Origin: Octopus vulgaris
Taxonomy: Eukaryota
Reading direction: 5' to 3'
DNA: 64,000 nt
Assembly (NCBI GenBank): GCA_951406725.2
Contig: OX597824.1
Coordinates: forward strand, 76,942,001-77,006,000
Under the pieces are notes generated by a model. It saw nothing but the letters and a program-made list of their open reading frames with translations. It did no database searches and was not told the DNA's origin. Every line of letters begins with the position of its first letter. Position 1 is the first letter of the stretch. Position numbers and translations under genes: made by a program. Positions 42,494 to 56,317 of the stretch are shown here, in pieces.

Positions 42494-42752
42494 CGGTACT
42501 ACTTAAGAAGAGTGGTCCCGGTGCGCGCACTCGCGTACTCGCGCATCCGCGCTAGCTAGTCGTGACTAGTCGATCCTTACTTTGTGTTTTTGTGTTATTT
42601 ACTTTGTTTTAAAAAAATTATTTACTTTGTATTTTTGTTTTTTATTTTCTTTGCAAGGCAGTCGTTTTTGGATCGACTACTCACGACTAGCTTGCGCGGG
42701 TGCGCGAGTACGCGAGTGCGCGCACCGGGACCACTCTTTTTAAGTAGTACTG
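42494..42752. mobile_element. GC/CpG-rich MITE with ~83-bp terminal inverted repeats
   Basis: cggtactacttaagaagagtggtcccgg...tagtcgatcc versus ggatcgacta...ccgggaccactctttttaagtagtactg; T-rich spacer; inserted in (TATG)n. Superfamily uncertain. Confidence 0.8.
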
Positions 42753-42963
42753 TATGTACCTATGTGTGTTAGTCTGTGCGGTTGTGTGTTCATTCGCTTC
42801 CTCATACACATGTTCTTAACTATATTTATAAACAAAGGCATATGTTTAAAATCATATGAATGTTTGAATGAACATGTATGATATAAACATACCCACTTCG
42901 TAGCTTAGAGTAGGCTCGATTTAGAGATTACTCTTTGTGTCTAATGGCGCGAGTCCTGATTTG

Positions 42964-43218
42964 GAAGAAGAAGAAGAAGAAGAAGAAGAAGAAGAAGAAG
43001 AAGAAGAAGAAGAAGAAGAAGAAGAAGAAGACGAAGAAGACGAAGAAGACGAAGACGAAGAAGAAGAAGAAGAAGAAGAAGAAGAAGGAGAAGAAGAAGA
43101 AGAAGAAGAAGAAGAAGAAGAAGAAGAAGAAGAAGAAGAAGAAGAAGAAGAAGAAGAAGAAGAAGAAGAAGAAGAAGAAGAAGAAGAAGAAGAAGAAGAA
43201 GAAGAAGAAGAAGAAGAC
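42964..43218 (+). repeat. (GAA)n microsatellite, about 255 bp
   Basis: Read directly; a few GAC/GGA interruptions. Confidence 0.95.
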
Positions 43219-43761
43219 AGCACAAAGGCATCGCTTGCGATGGAGCCTATATTAAGTACATTTGTATAAAAAATTATTTTACAAACTTATGTAATTTCAG
43301 AGACCTATGGCATTTAATAAACAAGTGACATTTATAACCGCTTTTGTATTTACTTTCTGTAAAGACCTCCTTATATGAAGTATTTCCTTGTGAGTAAATA
43401 GTTTTAGTTTGAATATGTTCAACATTTTTGTCTCTTGAGACGAACTGTTTTTTCTTTCCTATTTTGTTATTTTGTAATTCATTTAATGCCAATCACGAAA
43501 GACTGAGTATTTATACAAGGCACATGTCTAATAAGTAAATAAACACACACACACACTGCGTTCAACAGTGCAAAATTATGTTTTCTCTGTTGTAATACAT
43601 GCAATATTATAAATACGATTTTATTTTTTGAATTTATAACAGAACGAAATTTAATAATGATTTATACACACAATATTCTCTGTCGATGCCTATCTACCGC
43701 TGTCCTTCGTCCGTTTACCTATCTATCTATCTATCTATCTATCTGTCTATCTATCTTGTCT

Positions 43762-43972
43762 ACTCTTTAATCTTTTACTTGTTTCAGTCATTTGACTGCG
43801 GCTATGCTGGAGCACCGCCTTTAGTCGAGCAAATCGACCCCGGGACTTATTCTTTGTAAGCCTAGTACTTATTCTATCGGTCTCTTTTGCCGAACCGCTA
43901 AGTTACGGGGACGTAAACACACCAGCATCGATTGTCAAGCAATGTTAGAGAGACAAACACAGACAAACATAT

Positions 43973-44038
<66 letters not shown>

Positions 44039-44200
44039 GACAGGCTTCTTTCAGTTTCCCTCTACCAAATCCACTCACAAGGCTTTGGTCGGCCCGAGGC
44101 TATAGCAGAAGACACTTGGCCAAGATGCCACGCAGTGGGACTGAACCCGGAACCATGTGGTTGGTTAGCAAGCTACTTACTACACAGTCACTCCTGCGCC
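43762..44200 (-). mobile_element. SINE family A, well preserved
   Basis: Full-length copy with CpGs largely intact. Confidence 0.9.
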
Positions 44201-44479
44201 TATCTAGTTCAAATTTATAGAAAAACATACACGAAGACAGGTATGGGAATAACAAGCAAGTGTATTATTTGACGTTCGGGAAAAATGGAAAAGTCTTTTA
44301 CATTTCGAGCCAACGCTCTTCGGCAGAAAAGATTAAGAGGAAATAAATAGAGAGAATGAAAAAACAAAACAAAAAAGTGTTGAGTTCACTGATCCAACAT
44401 GGCGACCTACTTATCTATCTGTCTGTCTGTGTACATTTGTGTTTATGTGTCTACGTGTATGTGTGTGCATGTATGTGTG

Positions 44480-44644
44480 CAGGGCCGGTCCTAGGGTTAC
44501 TGGCGCCCCGGCAAGCAGAACTTCGGCGTGTACAAGCTGGCGGTCGTGGGAATTTCTTTGTCTCTGTCACACCCTCCTTGGCGTCACCTAGTACATGGCG
44601 GCCCGAGCGACTGACTGAGTTTCCGGTACTTTGAGCCGGCCCTG
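44480..44644. mobile_element. hAT-type MITE, same family as the 61541 element
   Basis: CAGGGCCGG...CCGGCCCTG with shared interior (ctagggtt..ggcgcccc..gcaagc.gaacttcggcg); flanks tatgtgtg and cacgtgtg match at 6 of 8. Confidence 0.75.
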
Positions 44645-44902
44645 CACGTGTGTGTATGTGCGTAAGTAGATGGGTAGGCATGTTATATCTTGTTTTCACT
44701 TAGTTACTTGAGCCGTTATTTTCGAACACACCCATATGTGTGTTTATTTAAAAGAATGTAGTCTGCTGCTTATTCCGCAATGTTACGGGGATGTAAACAC
44801 ATCATCACCGGTTGTTGTCAGGTGTAGGGTGGATGAGACACACACATACAATGAGCTTCTCAACAGTTTCTACCAGATTCACTCACGAGACATATCCTGT
44901 CT

Positions 44903-45086
44903 GGTAAAAAGCTTGCTTCCCAACCACATGGTTCCGGGTTCAGTCCCACTGCGTGGCACCTTGAGCAAATGTCTTTTACTATAGCCACAAGCTGACAAAA
45001 GCTTTGTGAGTGGATTTGGTAGACGGAAACTAAAAGAAGCCCGTCGTATATATGTATGTGTGTGTGTGTGTATATATGTATGTATG

Positions 45087-45126
<40 letters not shown>

Positions 45127-45360
45127 TATGTATGTATTTTTTATTTGTATCTGTGTTTGTCCTTCCACCATCGCTTGACAATCAATGTTGGTGTGTTTAC
45201 GTCCCCATCAACTAGCGGTTCAGCAAAAAGAGAGCGATAGAATAAGTACTAGGCTTGCAAAGACTAAGTCCTGGGTTCGATTTGTTCGACTGAATGTGGT
45301 GCTCCAGCATGGCCACAGTCAAACGACCGAAACAAATAAGAGAATAAACGAATAAAAGAA
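44903..45360 (+). mobile_element. SINE family A
   Basis: Forward homologue. Confidence 0.8.
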
Positions 45361-45394
45361 TACAAAATATACATTACACACACGCACACATGCC

Positions 45395-45897
<503 letters not shown>

Positions 45898-46366
45898 CAA
45901 ACCATGCTAGCATGGAAACGTGGGAGCCGAATAATGATGATGACGATTATGATGATGCACTTGCTCCCACGTAAGAAATATTTGCTTGTTTGAAGTCGTA
46001 TTCATTAGATGCCGTCACAGACCATCCCTGCCTAGTCTTCTGCGAATTCTCTCTTTCTGACAGATTTACTGGAAACGTGGGAGCCGAATTTAGCCCCTTG
46101 TGGGTAGTAAAGAAATAGAATGTATTTGATGATTACATATTTTGGTTTATTTATATATTTGTTAAGATGATACGATAATGAAGTTGCTGTTGCCGCTACT
46201 GATAATGTCGATGATAATGGCAAATACACGCGCACACGTATAAGTGCGTACTCACTATGGAGCGAGCAAACGGCCTGAAGGAGAAGCCTTCAGAAGTAAG
46301 ACACCCACCGAGTAAAGCATATCGGCCTGTTTGTTCCTGACGCTCAAAGACAGAGGTTGTCAACTA

Positions 46367-46596
46367 GCGGCGAACTGGCAGAAACGTTAGCACGCCGGGC
46401 GAAATGCGTAGCCGTATTTCGCCTGCCGTTACGTTCTGGGTTCAAATACCGCCGAGGTCGACTTTGCCTTTCATCCTTTCGGGGTCGATAAATTAAGTAC
46501 CAGTTACGCACTGGAGTCGATGTAATCGACTTAATCCGTCTGTCTGTCCCTGTTTGTCCACTCTGTGTTTAGCCCCTTGTGGGTAGTAAAGAAATA
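46367..46596 (+). mobile_element. SINE family B
   Basis: Homologue of the 39526 copy. Confidence 0.85.
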
Positions 46597-46889
46597 TATA
46601 ATTTTTTTTTAATCTATAAACCCCTTTAATTTTAATGTTTTATTCTGCTGGCCTCCAGCCCCACGGGCGCCCATAGCTATTCGATGTTTAAGAATTAGTT
46701 TTATAGAAACTTCTTTTTAAAATTAACTTGTGTAGGCTTAACTATGTAAAATGTTACAGAAAGAAATCTTGCTCTTTCTTGCAATACAGACCAATACATA
46801 TATCAGAAGCAAACTAACAACAACAACAAAAATAATAACAAATAATAATAATAATTATAGTAGTAGTTGTAGTAGTAGTAGTAGTAGTT

Positions 46890-46941
<52 letters not shown>

Positions 46942-47142
46942 ACACACAACATGTCGAAATATCGTTCACTAGATAACAATGGCACTCTTTTAATTTTGGC
47001 TCTATATATCTTCTGGAGAAGATACTTCAATCCTTTATATATTAACCAAAATGAAGTAGATTGACAAAATTATTTTTTGAACCTGTTGAAGACACACAAG
47101 ATGTCGAAATATCGTTCAGTAGATGACAATGGCACTCTTCTT

Positions 47143-47180
<38 letters not shown>

Positions 47181-47437
47181 CTTTTCTAATATAGGCAGAG
47201 GGCCTGAAATTTTGGGGGAAGGCAAGTCGATTACATCAATCCCAGTAATCGAATGGTGTTTCTTTTATCGATACCGAAAGGATGAAAGGCAAAGTCGACC
47301 TCGGGCGGAATTTGAACTCAGAACATAAAGACAGCCGAAATAGCGCTAAGCATTTCGCCCGGCGTGCTTACGATTTCTGCCGGCTCGCCGCTTAAATAAT
47401 AATAATAATAATATTAATAATAATAATAATAATAATA

Positions 47438-47488
<51 letters not shown>

Positions 47489-47502
47489 GTTATTATTATT
47501 AA

Positions 47503-47563
<61 letters not shown>

Positions 47564-47782
47564 GTTGGTCATTCGAAATAGGTACGCAAAATGTCCGATC
47601 AAAGTTCTGTCCGATCAAACATGGAGTATTTCAGATATATTCGTATCCAGGATAACAATTTACAAAACCTTGTGCAATTGTTATTTCTCAGTTTACAGAT
47701 TATATGCAAAAGAGAGAAGTCATGTAAATCAATAGGGGAAAAAAAAAATCAAGCGATGCATGTACGTGTGTGTGTGTGTGCG

Positions 47783-47853
<71 letters not shown>

Positions 47854-48466
47854 GTGTATCACATGTGAGGTGCACTCCAAAGTGCATGATAAGGAGTATT
47901 GAATTTGACGCTGGAGTATCCTGCACTCTGTGAGCTGGAATGTACCAGACAGTAGTTCTGATAAGACTCATTGCCATCACTGTAGCGTTACTTTTGTATA
48001 TATATATGTTTGCTATTTTTTCTATGGAAGCATATAAGCATGAACAACTACACACGCTTTTGTGCGTGTGTATGTATTTTGACAGAAATAAAAACAAAAA
48101 AAACTCACCTCCAATTTACTCGTGGCAGTGAAAGTGGCAAAATAAATAATTAAATATATAAATAAGCATGTTTACTCTACCCGAACATCAAACTTTCTCT
48201 TTGTTTTTGTTTCTTCTTACTACAGATAATTCCTTTTGCAGGTCATTCTCATGTCCCTGACCTAACTCGAAAACTCTTACACAATTTTCAACGTGACATG
48301 GCCTAGACGTGATCGGCAAATGAATAAAATACACGACAAAGAAAAGTAGTTTAATAGCTTTTCTGTCGTATATTTAGCTATATATATTTATTTATATATA
48401 TATTACAAGGTCGTTAGAAATACCTACTATGCTATACATACATATATGCATACATACAATATATAA

Positions 48467-48666
<200 letters not shown>

Positions 48667-48690
48667 TATTTATTTATTTATATGTATAAT

Positions 48691-49020
48691 CGTAGGAGTG
48701 GCTGTGTGGTAAGTAGGTTGCTTACCAACCACATGGTTCCGGGTTCAGTCCCACAGCATGGCAAGTGTCTTCTACTATAGCCTCGGGCCGACCAAAGCCT
48801 TGTGAGTGGATTTGGTAGACGGAAGCTGAAAGAAGTTCGTTGTATATATGTATGTGTGTGTGTGTGTGTATGTATGTTTCTGTGTTTGTGTTTGGACCCC
48901 CAACATCGCTTGATAACCGATGCTGGTGTGTTTACGTCCCCGTAAATTAGCGGTTAGGCAAAAGAGACCGATAGAATAAGTACTAGTCGATTTGCTCGAC
49001 TAAAGGTGGTGCTCCAAATG
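48691..49020 (+). mobile_element. SINE family A with internal deletions
   Basis: Forward homologue. Confidence 0.8.
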
Positions 49021-49049
49021 AGCACCACCTTTATCTATCTATCTATCTA

Positions 49050-49095
<46 letters not shown>

Positions 49096-49275
49096 AATAG
49101 GTGGATGAATTATCCTATGTTTATCCTATGTCTTCGTTCAACTCCATTCTTTCATTTATATATAAAGTTAATCCAAACAAGAAAACACAGAAAAAAAGAG
49201 AAAAAAAGGGAAAAAACACAGCAACGCAGGACGTGGAACAATTAAAGTATTATTGACGCTCAGGAAAGAAGGGAA

Positions 49276-49355
<80 letters not shown>

Positions 49356-49358
<3 letters not shown>

Positions 49359-49822
49359 AATATATAAGAGCTAAAGTGCTCTAAATCTGTAGTCAAAGCA
49401 CATAATTGAATACATACATATTCGCAGCGACTACAATCGTCCGAAAACCCTGACCGAGAATTCCTTATAATGATGTCAGTTTCGGCAATTTCTTTTGCCT
49501 CATCAGTAAAGAATGTCTCGACTTCGGCAGATTCCGCACTTAATTCTCTATCAGTATGTGTGTTTTCACAATAGTTTAGGGAATCGCTAATGTGTATATA
49601 AAAAATTAATGTGTATACATAAAATTAATATAGGTATGCAATGTTTACCAAAGAAAAAAAAACGAAAACCATAATTGTTACTAAATATGACACGGGTATT
49701 AGAAACATTGCTAGAAATAAGAGCTAAAGTGCTCTAATTCATACTTGAATACATATATACTGGTAGGGACTACTACAATCGTCTGATAACACTGACCGAG
49801 AATGCCTTAAACTGACGTAGTG
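49356..49822 (-). mobile_element. Penelope-like remnant with partial tandem (pseudo-LTR-like) repeat and hammerhead
   Basis: About 100-bp direct repeat (taagagctaaagtgctctaa...ctgaccgagaat) at about 49365 and 49718, starting next to (TA)n. A related fragment in opposite orientation lies at about 55070-55149. Confidence 0.55.
49455..49520 (-). ncRNA. Type I hammerhead ribozyme with a substituted stem III
   Basis: Minus strand reads CGAGACAUUCUUUA CUGAUGA GGCAA-AAGAAA-UUGCC GAAA CUGACAUCA UUA UAAGGAAUUCUCG: 13-bp stem I with one bulge, 5-bp stem II, C15.2 opposite U instead of G. Confidence 0.75.
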
Positions 49823-50644
49823 ACAATTGTGGTTTTCCTTTTTTGTCATAGAATGTGACAAAGCTGGCCCTTTGAATTACAAGTAAAATTGTCTGAGTAG
49901 ATTGGAATGAGGCGAAATAAAGTGATTTGCTCAAGGACACAACATGCGGTCGGGTGTCGAACTCACGACCCTACAATCATGAGCTGAATACCCTAACCAC
50001 TAGGCCAGGTGCCTTCACACACATATTGTACACACTCACGCACACGTATATACATGTAGATATATATATATATAAACATGTACGTGTATATATAGTATAT
50101 TATATGTATATATACATATGTAGTGTATATTATAATACATACATGTATTATACGATCTGAAATATATGACACGAAAACAAGGTACAGAGATAGTATTAGG
50201 TTTACGCTCCGGAAATGGAGTGGAGAAGAAGGAGAAGTCTTTTATGTTTCGAGTATACGCTCTTCTTCGGAAAGGAAGGATTATACAAGGAACGAAGGAA
50301 AGAGAAAGAAAATGGAACAAGGAACGTACGTGTATACAACCGTCACAGCATACGCGCGAACGTATATACATACACACTAGAAGCAGCTTTTAAACAGGAG
50401 AGATTTCCTCAACCGGTTATTGTTATCAAAGAGATTTCATTAAAACGTGGTCACCACCGGTGGCTTATAGTGTAACCCTGACCACAGTCGAGAGAACTAT
50501 AGAGAGTAAGTGCAGAGGATTAAAACAGATAAATGTTTTATCGAGCCCGGATGACTGAAAGACGTCAGCGGGATTTGAACTGAAAGCCAGAAGATTTACC
50601 AAAAGGCGATTAAATCCAACACTTTAACAGACTTTACACTTTCA

Positions 50645-50727
<83 letters not shown>

Positions 50728-50773
50728 TGTATACGGACAGGCACAATATAATACACTTGTGTGTGTGAATGTA

Positions 50774-50820
<47 letters not shown>

Positions 50821-50844
50821 CATATTCATACACACTCACACACA

Positions 50845-50932
<88 letters not shown>

Positions 50933-50934
<2 letters not shown>

Positions 50935-51139
50935 TGAATGAGAAAAAAATGAAAATAGAGAAATTGATGTAGACATCAGTTTACTCAGAGATATCAAAAT
51001 CAATATAATATGATATTCTTATCCCTACGGCCGTTTCCATTGCCAATTAATTTAATTAGAAAAATTAAATTAATTTCATTTTTGAATAAAATGAAATTTA
51101 TATGTCAATTTCTCTACTTTCTTCTTTTTCTCCTTCATA
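50933..51139. mobile_element. (TA)n-adjacent element with imperfect inverted ends and a hammerhead 3' half
   Basis: tatgaatgagaaaaaaatgaaaatagagaaattga versus tcaatttctctactttcttctttttctccttcata. The minus strand carries GAAA CGGCCG UA at 51037-51026. Confidence 0.5.
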
Positions 51140-51274
51140 AATAATGTAAATACCAATATCAATCAATGCAAAACTAACGTATTTAGCTTTTCACTGAACA
51201 CTGATATAAACCGAAGAACTAGGATGCAAACGTCCCTTAAAGGATTATAGGTCCTTGGCATAATTAAATTTATA

Positions 51275-51573
51275 TTTTTATATATAAAAGTGAAGTTGTG
51301 TGTCTGTCTCCTACGATTTAGATTCCTAACTACTCCCACATTTTGCGGTGCAGTGTAACCAAACGCGGGTATCTTATAGTCGTGATTCATATCAAGCCCT
51401 TCTGGGTATTAGCGCGCGTCTACGATGAGTCTACGATTTAAAAAAAAATTTACCATAATCTTTTCCCATTTTTAATGCAATTTTTTGCTATTATATAAGG
51501 GAAGTATCTCTCTAAAAATGCTTATATAGTTTTTTCCCTTACAAACCCGAGCAACGCCGGGCGATACTGCTAG
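51275..51573 (+). mobile_element. Non-autonomous Helitron (one internal subrepeat)
   Basis: 3' CTAG preceded by hairpin CCCGAGCAACGCCGGG, inserted between A and T; the 5' TC has changed to TT; homologous to the copies at 54549 and 57285. Confidence 0.85.
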
Positions 51574-51871
51574 TATATATATAAATACAAAATGGGACAA
51601 GAACGTAAAACATCCGGACAACTAGGTGATACATAAAGGGACAACAAAACATCAAGATAGACGATACAAAAAAAAAAAAACCAGGACGAGTCATTCGAAG
51701 CTTTTCATCCTCAGTCAAGAACCAGATCATCCTCGCAATTTTTGCTAATTAATCTTGAGATTGCTCCAATCTGGCCAGCCCCAAGGAAAACTAAGCTAAG
51801 AGCATTAGATTCCTTGGAAAAAAGCATCGAATGTATACGAAAACAAGGACGTAATATATATATATATTTAT

Positions 51872-52175
51872 ATCACCGTGACCGAGCAGACTATCAGATG
51901 TGGCTATACATCGCTGGTCACAATGCGCTTCGCATTGTTTTAGCCTTCAAATGACGCCACCTCGATGGCTAAAAGAGCAGGCCGACAGAAGAAAAAGTGA
52001 GGGAAAGTTGTGGCGAAAGAGTACAGCAGGGATCGCCACAACACCCTGCTGGAGCCTCGTAGAGCTTTAGGTGCTTTCGCTCAATAAACACTCACAACGC
52101 TCGGACTGGGAATCGAAACTGCGATCCTACGACCGGCAGTCCGCTGCCCTAACCACTAGGCCATTGCGCCTCCAC
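51872..52175 (-). mobile_element. tRNA-derived SINE, family D
   Basis: Minus head tggcctagtggttagg...gtttcgattccc; its 3' part recurs at 3093-3218 and 39916-40035. Confidence 0.7.
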
Positions 52176-52393
52176 ATATATTTTTATATATGTGTATGTG
52201 TGTGAGCGAGAAAGAGACAGAGAGAGAGAGAGAATGAGAGAGAGAGAGAGAGAGAGTATGAAGAAAGTCAGGAGCCTTCACAGATTTGGTTTACTGGATT
52301 TCAACCATATAGAGGCCCTTCGTTACACTCCTACGTATTTGCTTAGTATGTGGTTTGTAGCCTGTCCACAAAAGGAGCATTTTTGTAATTACC

Positions 52394-53356
52394 TATTTCT
52401 TTATTACCCACAAGGGGCTAAACACAGAGAGGACAAACAAAGACAGACAGATGGATTAAGTCGATTACATCGACCCCAGTGCGTAACTGGTACTTAATTT
52501 ATCGACCCCGAAAGGATGAAAGGCAAAGTCGATTCGGCGGAATTTGAACTCACAACGTAACACAGACGAAATACCTATTTCTTTATTACCCACAAGGGGC
52601 TAAACATAGAGGGGACAAACAAGGACAGACATAGGTTTTAAGTCGATTACATCGACCCCAGTGCGCAACTGGTACTTAATTTATCGACCCCGAAAGGATG
52701 AAAGGCAAAGTCGACCTCGGTGGAATTTGAACTCACAACGTAACACAGACGAAATACCTATTTCTTTATTACCCACAAGGGGCTAAACACAGAGGGGACA
52801 AACAAGGACAGACATAGGTATTAATTCGATTACATCGACCCCAGTGCGTAACTGGTACTTAATTTATCGACCCCGAAAGGATGAAAGGCAAAGTCGACCT
52901 CGGCGGAATTTGAACTCACAACGTAACACAGACGAAATACCTATTTCTTTATTACCCACAAGGGGCTAAACATAGAGGGGACAAACAAGGACAGACATAG
53001 GTATTAAGTCGATTACATCGACCCCAGTGCGGAACTGGTACTTAATTTATCGACCCCGAAAGGATGAAAGGCAAAGTCGACCTCGGCGGAATTTGAACTC
53101 ACAACGTAGCGGCAGACGAAATACCTATTTCTTTATTACCCACAAGGGGCTAAACACAGAGGAGACAAACAAGGACAGACATAGGTATTAAGTCGATTAC
53201 ATCGACCCCAGTGCGTAACTGGTACTTAATTTATCGACCCCGAAAGGATGAAAGGCAAAGTCGACCTCGGCGGAATTTGAACTCACAACGTAGCGATAGA
53301 CGAAATACCGCTAAGCATTTCACCCGGCGTGCTAACGTTTCTACCAGCTCGCCGCC
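52394..53356 (-). mobile_element. Five-unit head-to-tail concatemer of a tRNA-derived SINE (family B)
   Basis: Units start at 52394, 52576, 52759, 52942 and 53126 (period 182-184 bp). Only the rightmost unit has the full 5' head. The flanking direct repeat TTTTTGTAATTACC lies at 52380-93 and 53357-70. Confidence 0.92.
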
Positions 53357-53798
53357 TTTTTGTAATTACCACCGGACTGGATAAATGCAGAAATGGTTTC
53401 ATTCGATGGTCAACGGCCACACGCCTACATAGAAATTCACCACCGATTTTTTTCCTGCAACTCATGGACTAGTAATCTTCATTCATTATCCAAACACAGT
53501 TGTAAGTGGACAGTTAATATTCCCGTTACCCGTCAGGCGAGTTTTGTCGAGACAAGTTTTTACAGTTTCTGCGTGGGTTGGATTTAGAATTCAAAATTTG
53601 CGCCTTTTATTTATCTATTTTAGTCGTCGGGGTAGGAAGTGTGTTTACAATTTGATAGTATGTTTCTAATGAATTTTGTCGTTTTATCGTTTCGCCTAAA
53701 AGATAAACGCTTGCGGGTCCGGAACCAAGGGTGACGTTTTTTTCTTGTTTTTACAAAGACTCTGTACCGATGTGTGTTGACGGGGAGTATAACTGTAC

Positions 53799-53872
<74 letters not shown>

Positions 53873-53935
53873 TTATCTATCTGTCTGTCTATCTTTCTAT
53901 CTATCTATCTATCTACCTGTCTATCTGTCTACCTG

Positions 53936-53995
<60 letters not shown>

Positions 53996-54015
53996 CCTGT
54001 CTATCTGTCTACCTG

Positions 54016-54111
<96 letters not shown>

Positions 54112-54120
54112 CCTATCTAC

Positions 54121-54168
<48 letters not shown>
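53799..54168 (+). repeat. (TCTA)n microsatellite, about 370 bp
   Basis: Read directly. Confidence 0.95.
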
Positions 54169-54222
54169 ATAAATTTAAAAATAGGATAAAATCTTAATAA
54201 GACATTATCAGGTAGTTAGCGT

Positions 54223-54259
<37 letters not shown>

Positions 54260-54548
54260 ATCTATGTGCGTATGTGATTACGAGTTCCGATGCATGAAAG
54301 CCTCAGCCGTTGAGTCACTCTGTAACTTGCACCGATTATCAACACACACACACACACACACACACACATTTATATTTTACAAACAAGGAAGTAAAAACAA
54401 CCCAAACGCAGTATAACTAGGAAAAAAAGCAAGAAAGATTGGGTACTTACCCGTATACGAATATAAATATATGCAGACGGTGTACCATGAACTTACAGGT
54501 ACAGTAGCTTTCTTTTCATGTGTAAATACACACACGCGCGCGCACATA

Positions 54549-54946
54549 TCTTTATATATAAAAGTGAAGTTGTGTGTCTGTCTCCTACGATTTAGATTCC
54601 TAACTACTCCCACATTTTGCGGTGCAGTTTAACCAAAACCGGGTATCTTATAGTCGTGATGCATATAGAGCCCTTCTGGGTATTAACACGCGTCTACGAT
54701 GAGTCTACGATTTTAAAAATAATTTACCATAATTTTCCCCCATTTTAATGCATTTTTTCGCTATTATATAAGGGAAGTAACTCTCTAAAAATGTCTACGA
54801 TTAGTCAACGATTTAAAAAAAAAATTACCATAATTTTTTTTCCATCTTTAATGCATTTTTTTGCTATTTTTTGGCTATAACTCTCTAAAAATGCTTATAT
54901 AGTTATTTCCCTTACAAACCCGAGCAACGCCGGGCGATACTGCTAG
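54549..54946 (+). mobile_element. Non-autonomous Helitron (two internal subrepeats)
   Basis: A|TCTTTATATATAAAAG...CCCGAGCAACGCCGGGCGATACTGCTAG|T: 5' TC, 3' CTAG, subterminal hairpin, no TSD. Confidence 0.9.
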
Positions 54947-55372
54947 TAGGAATATATATATATATGTATATGTGCATGTGTGTGTGTGTGTGTCTGTGTG
55001 CTTTGGTAAACATTGCATACTGCTGTCTATATTAATTCTATGTATACACATTAGCGATTAGCAAAATCATGCGTGAATTCTTATGGTGAAAACATACACA
55101 CTGATAGAGAATTAAGTGCGGAATCTGCCGAAGTCGAGCCAGTCCTTATATTATATATATATATATATATATATACCTCTGGATATCCTTGTCGCTTATT
55201 TTGATTGCAATCACCCAATTTTGAATTATATGGATAATACCATACTAAATTCTGGTGCCTTTAACTTAAGTACCATATTCAACTGAATCTAAATTTTACT
55301 GAACTTATATATATATATATCCTTTAAAAAATCCTTTAAAATGTTTCAGCCCGAAGGTTGTGGCCATGGTGG

Positions 55373-55482
<110 letters not shown>

Positions 55483-56067
55483 CTTATTCAGAGGAAGGCC
55501 TAGCGAAAGCACCATTCAATCCAGGATTGCTCGATGCTCACCTGCTGATGCTAAACATCAGCAGCAAACAAAGACGAATGCTCGTAGATATTTCATCAAT
55601 ATCAGAAATATAAACGGAAGCGTTATCCACAAGTGCGGACTTATTGATTCTTGTCTGAGCGAACTTTGGAGGAACGGTCAATAAATATATTTTTAATAAG
55701 GAAATTAGGAAAGCCGCTAGCTTATGACATGGCTATAGCAACGCTGTCTTTCATCCTTTTCGAAGAAGGGTCCATGAAATATGTTGACTTCAGTTCTGTC
55801 TTTAATGCCTGTCTCTGGTTTGTGCTTGCCATTCTAAGATCGGGCTTTGTCACTTTGCGTTTACATTGATTTCTCATGCGAATTTACATTAGGACAACAC
55901 ATGCCTTCAGAATAATCATGAACTCAATAAGTTCTTAATAGTACAATACACATATGTATATGTGTGTGTGTGTGTGTGTATGTATGTGTGTATGTGTGAG
56001 AGAGAGAGTATGTATGTATGTATGTATGTATGTATGTATGTATGTATGTATGTATGAATGTATGTGA

Positions 56068-56237
56068 CGTGGCTGTGTGGTTCAAAGTTTGCTTCCCGAT
56101 GGTTCCGGGTTCAGTCGAATGGTTCCGGGTTCAGTCACACTGCATGGCACCTTGGGCAAATGTCTTCTACTACAGCTTCGGCCCGACCACAGCCTTATCA
56201 GTAGATATGGTTGGTGGAAACTGAAAGAAGCCTGTTT

Positions 56238-56317
<80 letters not shown>

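Noticed and set aside
42921-43269. Poly-E/K/S/L ORFs
   Set aside because: All frames of one (GAA)n microsatellite, with no supporting exon context.
48103-48111. Strong minus-strand donor GAG|GTGAGT as a possible upstream GPCR exon end
   Set aside because: A single 9-mer is expected by chance in 64 kb and there is no independent exon evidence.
52394-53356. Regular array that could be mistaken for CRISPR
   Set aside because: The units are contiguous SINE bodies with no unique spacers, and the context is eukaryotic.
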